64,000 nucleotides of DNA from Squalus acanthias (GCA_030390025.1 CM059432.1:28894001-28958000), one strand, 5' to 3'. Counted from the stretch's first letter, positions 34,638-46,631 are shown. The notes: generated by a model not told the origin, from the sequence alone. Translations and numbers: made by a program.

Positions 34638-34972
34638 GACCACACTTTAGGAAGGATGTGAAGGTCCTTGAGAGGGTGCAGTGGAGATTTACCAGAATGG
34701 TTCCAGGGATGAGGGATTTTAGCTACAAGGTTAGGTTGGAGAAACTGGGGTTGTTCTCCTTGGACCAAAGGAGGTTGAGGGGAGATTTGATAGAGGTATG
34801 GAAGACTATGATGGGTTTGGATAAGGTAGACAGAGAAAGGCTGTTCCCATTAGCTGATGGTACAAGGACTAGGGGACACAGATTTAAGGTTTTGGGCAAG
34901 ATGTACAGGGGGGATGTGAGGAATAACTTTTTTATGCTGCGAGTGGTAATCACCTGGAATTGGCTGCCGACG
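34638..34972 (+). mobile_element. CR1 3' fragment, left half (continues at 42891-43056)
   Basis: Breaks at CTGCCGACGAG and resumes at GTGGAAGCAGAGAC, collinear with 34430-34620. Confidence 0.85.
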
Positions 34973-35326
34973 AGAGTCATAGGGGTAGAAATTAGGTCGC
35001 GCCCCATTTGGGGCGCAAATATCGTCCGGACGCAAATATTAGCGCCTGGCGCTAATTATCGGCACTGACAGGAAACTTCACTTTTACCGCCCCGGGAGGT
35101 GAGTGGAGCGCTAAAGCAGGCACGGCACACCTGTCTTAAGGCGCAAAGGCCAAGGAGTGAGGCGCTAACTCAGCTGCTGCTGCTGCCAGTTAGCGAGGGA
35201 ACACAGACACACTGGCGCCGGCCACTTCTTAAAGCGGGGGGGGCCACTTGCTCCCCAGCCACACCCTGCTCATTGCAGCCTTGAATCTCAGCCTGGAGAG
35301 ACCTGTAATCCATTTTGCTGCCAAGC

Positions 35327-37258
35327 ATGGAGAGGGTGAGAGAACGCGCTCATCGCTTCACCGAGCGGGCCTTGGATGCTCTGGTTGACGCAGTGGAGCG
35401 CAGACGATGTATGCTGTTCCCTGAGAGTGGCAGGAGGCCTTTGCCACGCGAGTTCAGAAGAGTGTGGAGGGAGGTGGCTCAGAGCGTCTCCTCCAGGAGC
35501 ATGGTGCCCAGGACCCATGTTCAATGCCGCAAAAAGTTCAACGACCTCACTCGGGTCGTCAGGGTGAGTGGCTTTTTCTCAATACCTCTCCATCCCTCCA
35601 TCTCAACCTCACTCTATGGCCAGAGGGTCTTAAAACCCCAATGCACAACACTCATCCAACACCTATGGCCCTTTCATGAAACACACACACACATTCTACA
35701 CTTTGCATACAGTAAGGGCTATTTACCTATGGGAGGCACATCAGGCAAGACCATGGCTGTATATTGTAAGGGCTATTCACCTATGGGAGGCACATCAGGC
35801 AAGACCATGGCTGTATATTGTAAGGGCTATTCACCTATGGGAGGCACATCAGGCAAGACCATGGCTGTATATTGTAAGGGCTATTCACCTATGGGAGGCA
35901 CATCAGGCAAGACCATGGCTGTATATTTACTCAGATGCTGTCCTTTTTCTTGCAGGCTAAGCTGGCTCATAATCGGAGACAGCAGCAACGGACGGGTGGA
36001 GGGCGGCTTCAGCTGCAACCTCTCAGCGATCTGGAGGAGCGCGTCCACAGGATTGTGGCAAGCCGGGTGATCGGTCCCGTCGCCACTGGAGACGCCGACC
36101 CCGTTGTGGACAGCAATGGTAAGGTCATCACCTTTTTGTCCTCTGTCCTTCCACTTGTCCCTCACAATACCAGCCTTTGACACTTTCAATCCAACTTGCT
36201 AACTCGCTGCACTTATTCCTCCCTTACTGCCACCCTGTCCTCACGCTAAAGCCACTCTTGTACCTCCCTGCTTTCAGATGATGATTCACCAGCTGAGGAG
36301 ACGGGCCCTGAAGCTGCCACTGGGAGTGATGCTGCAGCCGAGGAGGAAGAGGAAGCCGGAGCATCAGTGCCACCCTCTCCCGAGGAAGCCCATGCCCACA
36401 CTGGGAACACGCCTTCCCCGGAGGGGAGCAGGGGGGAAGGGGCTGATGATGGTGAAGCTCCAGGACCCAGCGGGCTGCAGCAACGCCATGGGGGGGGGTA
36501 GGGAAGAACGGGGGCCTTCTCCCCAGAGGGAGAGTATGCCAGACACTCCTACTGCAATGGACGCAGAGGAGGAGCGGCTGATTGCAGAAATGAACACCCA
36601 GGCGGTGGTCATGCACACTGAGCTCATGGGTGCAGTGGGAAGGGTGCCCGAATGCATTGAGTCACTGGCAAGGAGTGTGGAGCACTTCGCTGTAGCACAG
36701 GCGGATGCCACACTAACGCTTAGTGCTGCAATTCAGTCACTGGCTGCCGTGATCCCACCTCTGACTGCTCTCATACAGACTCAGATGGAGGCCACGCGAG
36801 CACAGACTGCTGCCAACCTCGATGGTTCGTGCACATGTCCCCGGGGCTGTCACCGCGCCGCAGCAGGCCAGCAATCTGTTCTCCGGCAGATTGCTCCGGA
36901 TGCTGAAGTGCTGCCCCGTGGGAGTGCCAGTGTGTCGGGCGAGCAGGGAGTTGCTGTCCTCTCTCACGATGACAGCATTCCTGCTGCCAACACTGTCACT
37001 TCTCCACTGCACTTGCCACCGCCTGTAGGACAGACTGCTGCCGCCCATGCAGAGTTGGTGCAGTCTGCAGCCGGGCCCTCCAGGCCCAGAAGTGGTCGAG
37101 GCCGTCCTTCAGGGGCATCTGCAGTGTCAGGGTCTGACGAGCAGCAGCCTTCCACCAGCCTTGCTGCAGCCACTGAGGTCCCATTACGGAGGAGCAGTAG
37201 GGTTAGAAGGGGAGAAGTGCGCAAGGGAAGGAGATCACCCTCGAAGGGCAAAAAGTAG
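35327..37258 (+). CDS. Harbinger Myb/SANT-like protein, 3 exons, apparent +1 frameshift in a G9 run
   Basis: Exons 35327-35563, 35956-36118 and 36278-37258 (GT/AG, phases 0 and 1); VWREVAQ...QCRKKFNDL and RTGGG motifs; removing one G at 36490-36498 gives one continuous frame ending RRSPSKGKK. Confidence 0.82.
35711..35926 (+). repeat. 54-bp tandem repeat x4 in Myb intron 1
   Basis: TGTAAGGGCTATTCACCTATGGGAGGCACATCAGGCAAGACCATGGCTGTATAT, near-perfect copies. Confidence 0.95.
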
Positions 37259-37576
37259 GAGGTGTGCCAAAATGCTGGTCATTTTTTAATTAAAGGCCGA
37301 GGTTCATGGTCCAACTTTTGTTTAGTGTTTTGGACATTATCTCCAGGTTGTGAGAACCAGTTATGTTATTGACTGTTTTTTTGTGTTTATTTCTATGAGT
37401 TTGTCATGAGGAATTGACACACACAGAGTTTGTAAAATAAATAAATTTCTGTTTTCAAAATATACATGGCTGGTGCTTGGAATTATTGGTGCCTTGGCCG
37501 GCTTAGGGGTTGCGTGCTGGGTTGATTAGTGTTTGTAGCAATGGCAGGGGCCCTAGAAGCGGCTTGCTATTAGTCG

Positions 37577-38713
37577 TTAACGGACGGCCCTTGCAGTTTG
37601 ACCATTGTGGGCCGCCCTCCCGCCTTGGTGCTGCTGATGATCATCGTCCTCGTCCTCTTCCTCCTCTTCCTCCTCCTCCTCTGGTGGTGCTACAAGGCCT
37701 GGTGGCATTGGCTGGGTCCTGAGGATTGCCATGTTGTGCAACATGCAGCACACGACTACGAAGTTCGAAACTTGCTCAGGCGAGTACTGCAGGGCTCCTC
37801 CGGAATGGTCCAGACAGCGGAACCGTTGTTTCAGCACGCCGATTGTGCGCTCAATAATGTTCCTGGTTGCTTGATGGCTTTCATTGTACCGCAGCTCAGC
37901 AGGGGTGTTTGGCGTACGGAGCGGTGTCATCAGCCAGGTGCTCAATGCGTACCCCTTGTCCCCCAGAAGCCAACCAACTGGCTGATGCGGTGCCTCGAAA
38001 ACTTCTGCCACAGTAGTCTGGCGCAGGATGAAAGCATCGTGGCAGCTGCCCGGATAGTGAGCATTGACAGCGAGTATCACCTGTCTGTGGTCACAGACCA
38101 ACTGCACATTCAAGGAATGGAAACCCTTCCTGTTCCTGAATTCCTCTGCATTCTCTCGCGGAGCACGCAAAGCCACATGCGTGCAGTCAATGGCGCCCTG
38201 CACCATGGGGAAGCCCGCTACCCTCGCAAAGCCCAGAGCACGGTCACGCTGCTTGTCTGGGGTCATAGGGAAAGAGATGAAGTCTCGTCTCCTTCTGAAG
38301 AGGGCATTGGTGACCTGCCGGATGCAGCGATGCACCGCAAACTGGGAGATATTGGCGAGGTCCCCAGCAGCAGCTTGGAATGAGCCAGTGGCGTAGAAGT
38401 TCAAAGCCACTGTGACCTTCACTGCCACCGACAGAGACGTCCTGGACCTCAGCTGAGGCTGCAGATCTGGCTGCAGCAGGTGGCAGAGCTCAGTGACCAC
38501 CTCCTTGCTGAATCGCAGCCTCCGCAAACACAGCTCCTCGGACATATGGATGTAGGAGAGCTGTTCACGATATACCCTGGGAGGGTAAGCTCTCCTGTAC
38601 ATGCGCTTGATGGCCCTCCTCCGTCTGGCCATCATTGCCACTCTCTGTCTGCGTCTCTGTATCCTCCGATTCAGCTGGAGCAGGACGACGCCCCCAATCA
38701 TTGCAGCCCCCAT
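37577..38713 (-). CDS. Harbinger (HARBI1-like) DDE transposase, 378 aa from the first ATG
   Basis: Uninterrupted ORF with [61 protein letters not shown] and an acidic tail. Confidence 0.93.
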   Translation of the reverse strand: MGAAMIGGVVLLQLNRRIQRRRQRVAMMARRRRAIKRMYRRAYPPRVYREQLSYIHMSEELCLRRLRFSKEVVTELCHLLQPDLQPQLRSRTSLSVAVKVTVALNFYATGSFQAAAGDLANISQFAVHRCIRQVTNALFRRRRDFISFPMTPDKQRDRALGFARVAGFPMVQGAIDCTHVALRAPRENAEEFRNRKGFHSLNVQLVCDHRQVILAVNAHYPGSCHDAFILRQTTVAEVFEAPHQPVGWLLGDKGYALSTWLMTPLRTPNTPAELRYNESHQATRNIIERTIGVLKQRFRCLDHSGGALQYSPEQVSNFVVVCCMLHNMAILRTQPMPPGLVAPPEEEEEEEEEDEDDDHQQHQGGRAAHNGQTARAVR

Positions 38714-40438
38714 ATTCTCTTTGCCAGAAAAGTAATGAGGTACAGCAACTAAAGTAGCAACAAAGTTAGGATGAATCGGCAAAACTACCTCACAAAGCGT
38801 TGAGTCAATGTAGAAGTCTCTCTCTCTCTCTCCCCGAATCTCTCTCTCTCTCTCAGAACGAGTGGTGCATAAATGTCGACCACAGAAAAAGACAGGAAGA
38901 GGCCCCCTTTAAATAGCGCCCCCCCCAGCCCCACACCGATTGATAACGTTCCAGTCTTCCGGTCGTTGGAAGCGCCAGGCGGTAAGGTTATACAGCACAG
39001 AAAGAGGCCCTTCGGCCCATCGTGTCCACGCCAGATATCAAGCCCTGTCTATTCTAATCCCATGTTCCAGCACTTGGTCCGTAGCCTTGCATGCTATGGC
39101 GGTTCAAGTGCTCATCTAAATGCTTCTTGAATGTTGTGAGGGTTCCTGCCTCTACCACCCTTTCAGGCAGTGAGTTCCAGATTCCAACCACCCTCTGGGT
39201 GAAAAGGTTTTTCCTCAAATCCCCTCTAAACCTCCTGCCCCTTACCTTGAAACTATGCCCCCTGGTTATTGACCCCTCTACTAAGGGGAAAAGTTCCTTT
39301 CTATCTACCCTATCTATGCCCCTCATAATTTTGTACACCTCAATCAGGTCCCCCCTCAGCCTTCTTTGCTCTAAGGAAAACAACCCCAGCCTGTCCAGTC
39401 TCTCTTCATAGCTGAAGCACTCCAGCCCAGGTAACATCCTGGTGAATCTCCTCTGCACCCTCTCCAATGCAATCACATCCTTCCTATAGTGTGGCGACCA
39501 GAACTGCACACAGTATTCCAGCTGTGGCCTAACGAGCATTTGTACAGCTCCATCATAACCTCCCTGCTCTTATATTCTATGCCTCGGCTGATGAAGGCAA
39601 GTATCCCATATGCCTTTTTAACCACCTTATCTACCTGTCCTGCTGCCTTCAGGGATCTATGTACATGCACACCAAGGTCCCTCTGATCCTCTGTCCTTCC
39701 TAGGATCCTACCATTCATTGTGTATTCCCTTGCCTTGTTAGTCCTTCCAAAATGCATCACCTCACACTTTTCAGGATTAAGTTCCATTTGCCGCTGTTCT
39801 GCCCATCTAACCATCCCGTCTATATCATCCTGTAGCCTGAGGCTTCCCTCCTCGCTATTTACCACTCCACCAATTTTTGTGTCATCTGCGAACTTACTGA
39901 TCATACCTCCTATATTCATATCTAAATCATTAATGTACACTAGAAACAGCAAAGGACCCAGAACCGATCCCTGGGGTACACCACTGGACACAGGCTTCCA
40001 GTCACAAAAACAACCTTCGACCATCACCCTCTGCCTCCTGCCACTAAGCCAATTTTGGATCCAATGTGCCAAATTGCCCTGGATCCCATGGGCTCTTACC
40101 TTCTTGACCAGTCTCCCATGTGGGACTTTGTCAAAAGCCTTACTGAAGTCCATGTAGACTACATCAACTTCACTACCCTCATCCACACACCTAATCACCC
40201 CCTCGAAAAATTCAATCAAATTGGTCAGACATGATCTCCCCCTGACAAAGCCATGCTGACTATTCCTGATTAATCCCTGCCTCTCCAAGTGGAGACTAAT
40301 TCTGTCGCTCAGAATTTTTTCCAATAATTTCCCTACCACTGATGTTAGGCTCACTGGCCTGTAATTCCCTGGTTTATCCCTACTACCCTTCTTGAACAAT
40401 GGTACTACGTTAGCTGTTCTCCAGTCCTCTGGCACCTC

Positions 40439-40644
40439 TGGTCTGCAATTGTAAGGTACACATGCTTTGTTCTCTATCTATATATGCTTTGGCGATTCTG
40501 TATCTATTTACTTCACCTGAGGAAGGGGCAATCGATAGCTCCGAAAGCTTGTGATTTCAAATAAAACTGTTGGACTATAACCTGGTGTTGTGCGACCTCT
40601 CAATTTTGTCCACCCCAGTCCAACACCGGCATCTCCGCATCATG
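40439..40644 (+). mobile_element. Penelope-derived mini-insert (206 bp) in CR1 RT
   Basis: Ends ...CCAGTCCAACACCGGCATCTCCGCATCATG (same tail as the fold-back copies); flanking duplication ACCTC; splits the ATGEV|PEDWR coding sequence. Confidence 0.85.
40512..40554 (+). ncRNA. Minimal type I hammerhead ribozyme motif
   Basis: tcac-CTGAGGA-A-GGGGC-aatcgata-GCTCC-GAAA-GCTT-gtga: intact core, stem II with one G-U pair, 4-bp stem I. Confidence 0.75.
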
Positions 40645-42301
40645 ACCTCCCCTGTGGCCAGAGAGGTTCTGAAAATTTGTGTCAGAGCCCCTGCAATCTC
40701 CTCCCTTGCCTCACACAGCAGCCTGGGATACATCTCGTCAGGGCCTGGGGATTTATCCACTTTTAAGCCCGCTAAAACCGCTAGTACCTCCTCCCTCTCA
40801 ATACTAATTTGTTCAAGTATATCACAATCCCCCTGCCTGATTTCTATGCCTACATCACCCTTCTCCATCGTGAACACAGATGCAAAATATTCATTTAAAA
40901 CCTCACCTACATCTTCCGGCTCTACACACAGATTGCCACTTTGGTCCCGAATGGGCCCTACTCTTTCCCTGGTTATCCTCTTGCCCTTAATATACTTATT
41001 AAACACTTTGGGATTTTCCTTTATTTTGCCCACCAGTGTTATTTTATGCCCCCTCTTCGCTCTCCTAATTTATTTTTTAAGTACCCCCCTGCACTTTCTA
41101 TACTCCTCCAGGGCTTCCATTGTTTTTAGTCCTTTGTATCTGCCAAAAGCCTTCCTTTTTTTCCTAATCCATTCTTGTATATCCCTTGACATCCAGGGTT
41201 CCCTGGGCTTGTTGGTCCCACCCTTGACCTTTACGGGAACATGTTGACATTGTACTCTCTCTATTTCCTTTCTGAAAGACTCCCATTGCTCTGATGTGGA
41301 TTTTCCTACAAGTAGCTGATCCCAGTCCACTTTGGCCAGACCCTGCCTTATCATATTAAAATTGGCCTTCCCCCAATTTAGAACCTTTATTTCCGGTCCA
41401 TCTTTGTCCTTTTCCATGACTACCTTAAATCTCACCGAATTATGGTCACTGTCACCAAAATGCTCTCCTACTGACACATCTACCACTTGCCCGGCTACAT
41501 TCCCTAGAATTAGGTCCAGTACTGCCCCTCTCTTGTAGGACTTTCTACATGCTGGCTCAAAAAGCTCTCCTGGATGCACTTTAAGAATTCGCACCCTCTA
41601 AGCCTTTCACACTCTGACTATCCCAGTTAATATTGGGGAAGTTGAAATCCCCTACTATTATTACCCTATTATTTCTACACTTCTCTGAGATTTGCCTACA
41701 TATCTGTTCCTCTATCTCCCCCTGACTGTTTGGGGGCCGATAGTACACTCCCAGCAAAGTGCTTGCCCCCTTTTTGCATTTAAGTTCTACCCATATGGCC
41801 TCATCAGAGGAACCTGCTAAGATATCATCCCTCCTTACAACAGTAATTGACTCCTTGATTAATATTGCGACACTCCCTCCTCTTTTACACCCCCCTCTGT
41901 CTCGCCTGAAGATTCTATACCCCGGAATATTGAGCTGTCAGTCCTGCCCCTCCCTCAACCATGTCTCTGTGATAGCAACAATATCATACTCCCATGTGTT
42001 CATCAACACCTTCAATTCATCTGCCTTACTTGCAAGACTCCTTGCATTAAAATAAATGCCATCCAGCCTTGCCATACTCCCTTGTGCCGTTACATATTTG
42101 CTCTGCCTTCCAGGCTGACTTGTTTTTTCCTCTATATTTGGCTGTGCATCACCCCCTACTATAGCTCCACTCCGTATCCCATCCCCCTGCCAAGTTAGTT
42201 TAAACCCCCCCCCCAACAGTACTAGCAAACCTCCCCGCAAGGATGTTGGTCCCGTTCCGGTTCAGGTGCAACCCGTCCGACTTGTACAGGTCCCACCTTC
42301 C

Positions 42302-42890
42302 TCAGAAGCAGACCCAGTGATCCAGGAAACTAAAGCCCTCCCTCCTGCACCAACTCTTTAGCCACGCATTCATCTGCTCTATCCTCCTATTCCTATACTT
42401 ACTAGCACGTGGCACTGGAAGTAATCCAGAGATTACAACCTTTGAGGCCCTGCTTTTTAATCTGCTACCTAGCTCCCTAAATTCTTGTTGCAGGACCTCA
42501 TCCCTCTTTCTACCCATGTCGTTGGTACCAATGTGAACCACGACCTCTGACTGTTCGCCCTCCCCCTTCAGAATTTCATGCAGCCGTTCAGTGACATCCT
42601 TGACCCTGGCACCAGGGAGGCAACATACCATCCTGGAGTCACGTCTGCGGCCACAGAAACATCTATGTGTTCCCCTTACGATAGAATCCCCTATCACTAT
42701 TGCTCTCCGACTCTTTTTCCTCCCCTCCTGTGCAGCTGAGCCATTCGTAGTACCACGGACTTGGCTCTTGCTGCATTCCCCTGAGAAACCATCTCCCCCA
42801 GCAGTATCCAAAACGGAAAATCTGTTGGAGAGGGAGATGGACCCAGTTGACTCCTGCACTACCTTCCTAGTTCTTTTACTCTGTCTGGCG
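42302..42890 (-). pseudogene. CR1 ORF1 SGNH/GDSL esterase-like domain
   Basis: IVIGDSIVRG, CLPGARVKDV and VVHIGTND blocks, upstream of ORF2. Confidence 0.85.
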
Positions 42891-43056
42891 GTGGAAGCAG
42901 AGACAATTATTGATTTCAAAAGGAAATTGGATAGGTACTTGAGTGAAATAAACTTGCAGGGCTACGGGGATAGAACGGGGGAATGGGACTGACTGGATTG
43001 CTCTAGAGGCATGGACTCGATGGGCCGAATGGCCTCCTATGTCATAATGACTCTAT
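42891..43056 (+). mobile_element. CR1 3' fragment, right half
   Basis: Continuation of 34638-34972, ending in an ATGACTCT tail. Confidence 0.85.
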
Positions 43057-43720
43057 GGGGGGAATTTTCCCAGCCCTGGGGAGGCGGGTATGGAGGCGGG
43101 ACTTCCGGGAAAATGGCAGAATCTGGGAGCGGGTACCGACCCTGCTCCCAACCCGCCTCCATGCCATCTTCCCGGGAGGCGGATCCTCGAGTCTCGTAGG
43201 GACCCGTCTCCTCAAGGCGGGAAGGGGATTAGAGCCAATTAACTGCCTACTAACAGGTAATTAATAGGCAGTTTTGAGGCTTTTCCCCATTTTACGCCTG
43301 CAATTGCGGGCTTCCCGATGGCTGCGAACCTCACCAGGGTCAGCAAGGCGAGCAGTGGGTCTGCGGGGGTGAGAGGGGTCGAAATGTCAACTGTAGAGGT
43401 GAGTGATGGATGAAAGTGTTGACAGTATGAGAGGTGAGTGTAAAGTGCTGGAAAAAGTTTCCTTACCTTTGCTTCTTTCTGCAGGCTTCAACCTTTGAGG
43501 ATCCGGCAGTGCCTCATCTCAACGGCAGAGGTGACAGACTGGCATCATACGCAGACGTCATCCGTCACCGGCTTTCCCTTAATTGGCCGGTAAGGTTGGG
43601 CTTAACAAGGCCAATCAAGGGAAAATAGCGTGGGTTGGTCAGACGTTGCTGGGGGCCGGACTGAAACCCAGAAACCAGAAGTCCTGCCTCCAGCACGTCT
43701 CCATTGAGAAAATCCAGCCC
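43057..43720 (+). mobile_element. Non-autonomous Harbinger derivative
   Basis: GGGGGGAATTTTCCCAG...GAAAATCCAGCCC; both ends resemble copy 1; sits in the CR1 tail (GACTCTAT on both sides). Confidence 0.82.
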
Positions 43721-44314
43721 AAGACTCTATAAGGCCCAAATGCTGTTTGCAATGAATCAGTTTGAGCCTTATCTGCAGGTTTTCCTTTGATTGGACTGAT
43801 CACTGCATTGCATCCTCTGATCTCTATAGGGCAGTGACTGCTAACTGGCAAAGTGCCAATTTGCTCAGCCTCAAAGTTTAATTTCCTAGGAAGCTCTGAG
43901 CAACACCAACCAGCACTTGGAGCAGCTTTGGTGAATTGCTTTTAAAACTTAGTTTACCTCAGTGTATAAATATCTTTTAGGTTCCGAGTCCGCTGCTCTA
44001 TACTTACCTGATAGGTACTCTGGCAGCACAAGGCTGGCCCTCATTATACAAGATTTTACTGTATAATGCAACCCTGGTTCTACCGCATTTTCATCCAGCT
44101 GTTTGTTGTATAACCAATCTAAGCGATGTTCAAGTCCTGATGTTGTTGAGGAATACTGAAGTAAAGCAAAAGTAGCCAAAATAAAGCGCACAAGAAAACA
44201 ACATTATTTTTTCTACTCCTAGCACCCCTAGATTCAAAACAAGTGATGCATTATTTTTTAATATTTAGTGTGGTGCACAATTAAATATTTGGATTTTCCT
44301 AAATTTCCGAGTGC

Positions 44315-44790
44315 GGTGCCTCTCACTCTCACCTGATTCAGAATGATGTAGGCTCCAGCCTCAGTCCAAGCATAATTCAGGCTGACACTCCAGTGCTGTT
44401 CTGAGGGAGAGCTGTTTTGTCAGAAGTGCCATTCTTCAGATGAAATGTTAAATTCATGACTTTTTGTTATTGTTTATACACTGATTCCTTCACTACCAGT
44501 TTCTGATCGTTCAGATGGATGCGAAAGATCCCATGGCACAAATGGAAAAAGAGCAGGCAGTTTTCCAACTGCCCTAGCCAACGTTCTTCCCTCAACCAAC
44601 ACTAGCAAAAACAGATTAACTGGTCATTCATTTATTTGCTGTCCATGAGATCTTGCTGTGCACAAATTGGCTACAGTGTTTGCCTACATAACAACAATGA
44701 CTGCACTTCAGAAGTAATCTATTGGTTGTAAAGCGTTTTGGGTGGGCCCAAAGGCATAATAAGGTGCTATATAAATACAAGCTCTTTCTC
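44315..44790 (+). mobile_element. Deu-domain SINE (SacSINE1-like)
   Basis: GGCTGACACTCCAGTG..GAGGGAG..AAAGATCCCATGGCAC core and GGTGCTATATAAATACAAG tail. Confidence 0.72.
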
Positions 44791-46631
44791 TTTGTAATAC
44801 AATGATATCCCCTCCTCCTGGAAAGTGGGAGTGAGGGGAGGCCAGGATTGAGCTCAGCTGTGTCGCTGTCTTCCACTCTCCATGGCTGCCAACACATAAC
44901 TTGCATTTAGATAGGACCATTCATGTAACAACATGTTCCAAGGCACTTCATAAGGAAAATAGATGCGTAGCCAGGAAGAGAAAGATTAGGAGGGGTTCAA
45001 TGTCCAGCTTCACACATGAAGAATACCTCATTGGGCAAAGTACTGGGAGGTTGCTAGCATCCTTGGAAATGAACCCCAATGTTACTTCACACCTTCAGGA
45101 GAGGACAGGGAAAATTAAAAACAAAAAGATACCACTGAACCAAGGCTAACACCAGTGATTGAGGAAGAGACTGTCCCCACTGTCTACACATGAAATCTAT
45201 AGACCCGAATTTAAAGACGGGCACCTGAGATCTTGTTCCTTGGGCTCGTCAACCAAAGGCAACAGTTATTCCCCTTCTGGAGAGAGACGACTGTTTCCTC
45301 GTCATTCCCTCCCAGCTACTCCTGCTCACTGGTACTCTGTGTTTCACTCAGTGATGTCCTCTCTGTTTCACCCCAATATTATGTATCTGGGCTAGTGTTT
45401 GAGTAAGAAAGTTGTCATGACAGTGGGTGCATCAGATGGAGGAAGAGTCTATCTAGAAGTGCCAGGTTGCTTGTTAGATGTTTCTTTCTGTGAGCACCTC
45501 TGAGCGGCATCAGGGACATTCAGCTTAGCTGTCTGATTTGTGAATCGGCAGATGTAACGAGGCCCATCAAGTCATCAAATTTTCTGCAGACAATTGTAAG
45601 CATGCTATCCTATTACCAACCTGAAATTGGCAGCTCACCTCCAGCTTCTCCATCCCATAAGCACCCTGGTGTGTCTACCCAGGAGTTTCATAGCTTCCTC
45701 CCCATGCCTACTGAGGATCCTGATGCTAGCTATTTCTCTACCTATGACAGTCCTTTGCCTCTGGTTGCGTATATGTTTCTCCTTTGCACAGAACATGAAA
45801 ATTTAGACATGGTACAGACTAATTCATAATGTATTTTCACCCAGGTGTCTGCAGACAAATCCTTGTGAGCATGCTATCAGATGCAGACAATGCAGCAGTC
45901 TCTTCATTTCTCAGTCAAATAATGCAGGAGATGTGCTATTGGATAGTGGATTTATAGGAGAGAAAGTGTTCCATGATTGGGATGGTAAAGGTCGCATATA
46001 CTCACCTTGGTTGGCCTGGAGAGGCCATTAAAATGTTTCTGGCACTAAATGGCTGGAATGGGATGGTAGATTTGGCATAACTCCTAGGGTCCTTGTTAGA
46101 TACAGTCTACCATGTTTTCCTTCCCCTCGCCACCCTCCACCGCCCCCAGCCCCCACCCTCCAGCGGTGGAGAACCAGTCAGGAGCGAAATTCTGGCTGAA
46201 TTATTCCTTGCATACTCAATGAGATTCTTCCTAAAGAAAATGTGATCAGGTGCTGGGAAGATTATGTAGGCAGTGGAAGTCCTGCCCCACAATTTTGCCG
46301 ATGATGTCAGTAAAATCCCCCCTTGCCATAATACTGTATTCTATTGTTAACACATCTCAACTATGCCACTTGCTGTTGTAAATAAATCTATCTGTGAATA
46401 AAATCAGCTCGATAATTTAGCCTGTTAAGAAAAGTGTCTGATATTATTCATCTTCTGCAGTGACACGGTTAAATGCTATGTACTATCAATTAGCAAATTT
46501 ACAGTAAAAAGGAAGATGGTTTGCCTTACAGCATGGTATATCCCTTTATACTAAACACATAAGGTTAAGTTTGATAATAAGGAGTGCAGGCTTACCGAAA
46601 GATGCATGTGCATTGAGAGTGAGAGAAAAAA

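Larger units (their letters stand above)
34982..38985. mobile_element. PIF/Harbinger transposon (copy 2), right terminus missing
   Basis: Left TIR GGGGTAGAAATT; Myb gene (+) converging on transposase (-); ends at GGCGGTAAGG, about 240 bp short of the TIR judged by the homologous end at 61765-62012. Confidence 0.9.
38986..42890 (-). mobile_element. CR1 LINE with ORF1 esterase, endonuclease and RT (frameshifted)
   Basis: ORF fragments 42302-42919, 41938-42240, 41070-41594, 40575-41033, 39473-40435 and 39054-39539 in canonical order. Confidence 0.93.

Noticed and set aside
35711..35926. Possible CRISPR-like array
   Set aside because: Contiguous tandem units without unique spacers, in a eukaryotic intron.
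37598..38383. 261-aa plus-strand ORF
   Set aside because: Antisense shadow of the GC-rich transposase; no recognisable motif.
37577..38782. Calling this the host gene HARBI1 (and the Myb genes NAIF1/MSANTD)
   Set aside because: It lies inside a TIR-bounded element with several paralogous copies in the window; transposon gene, so no symbol assigned.
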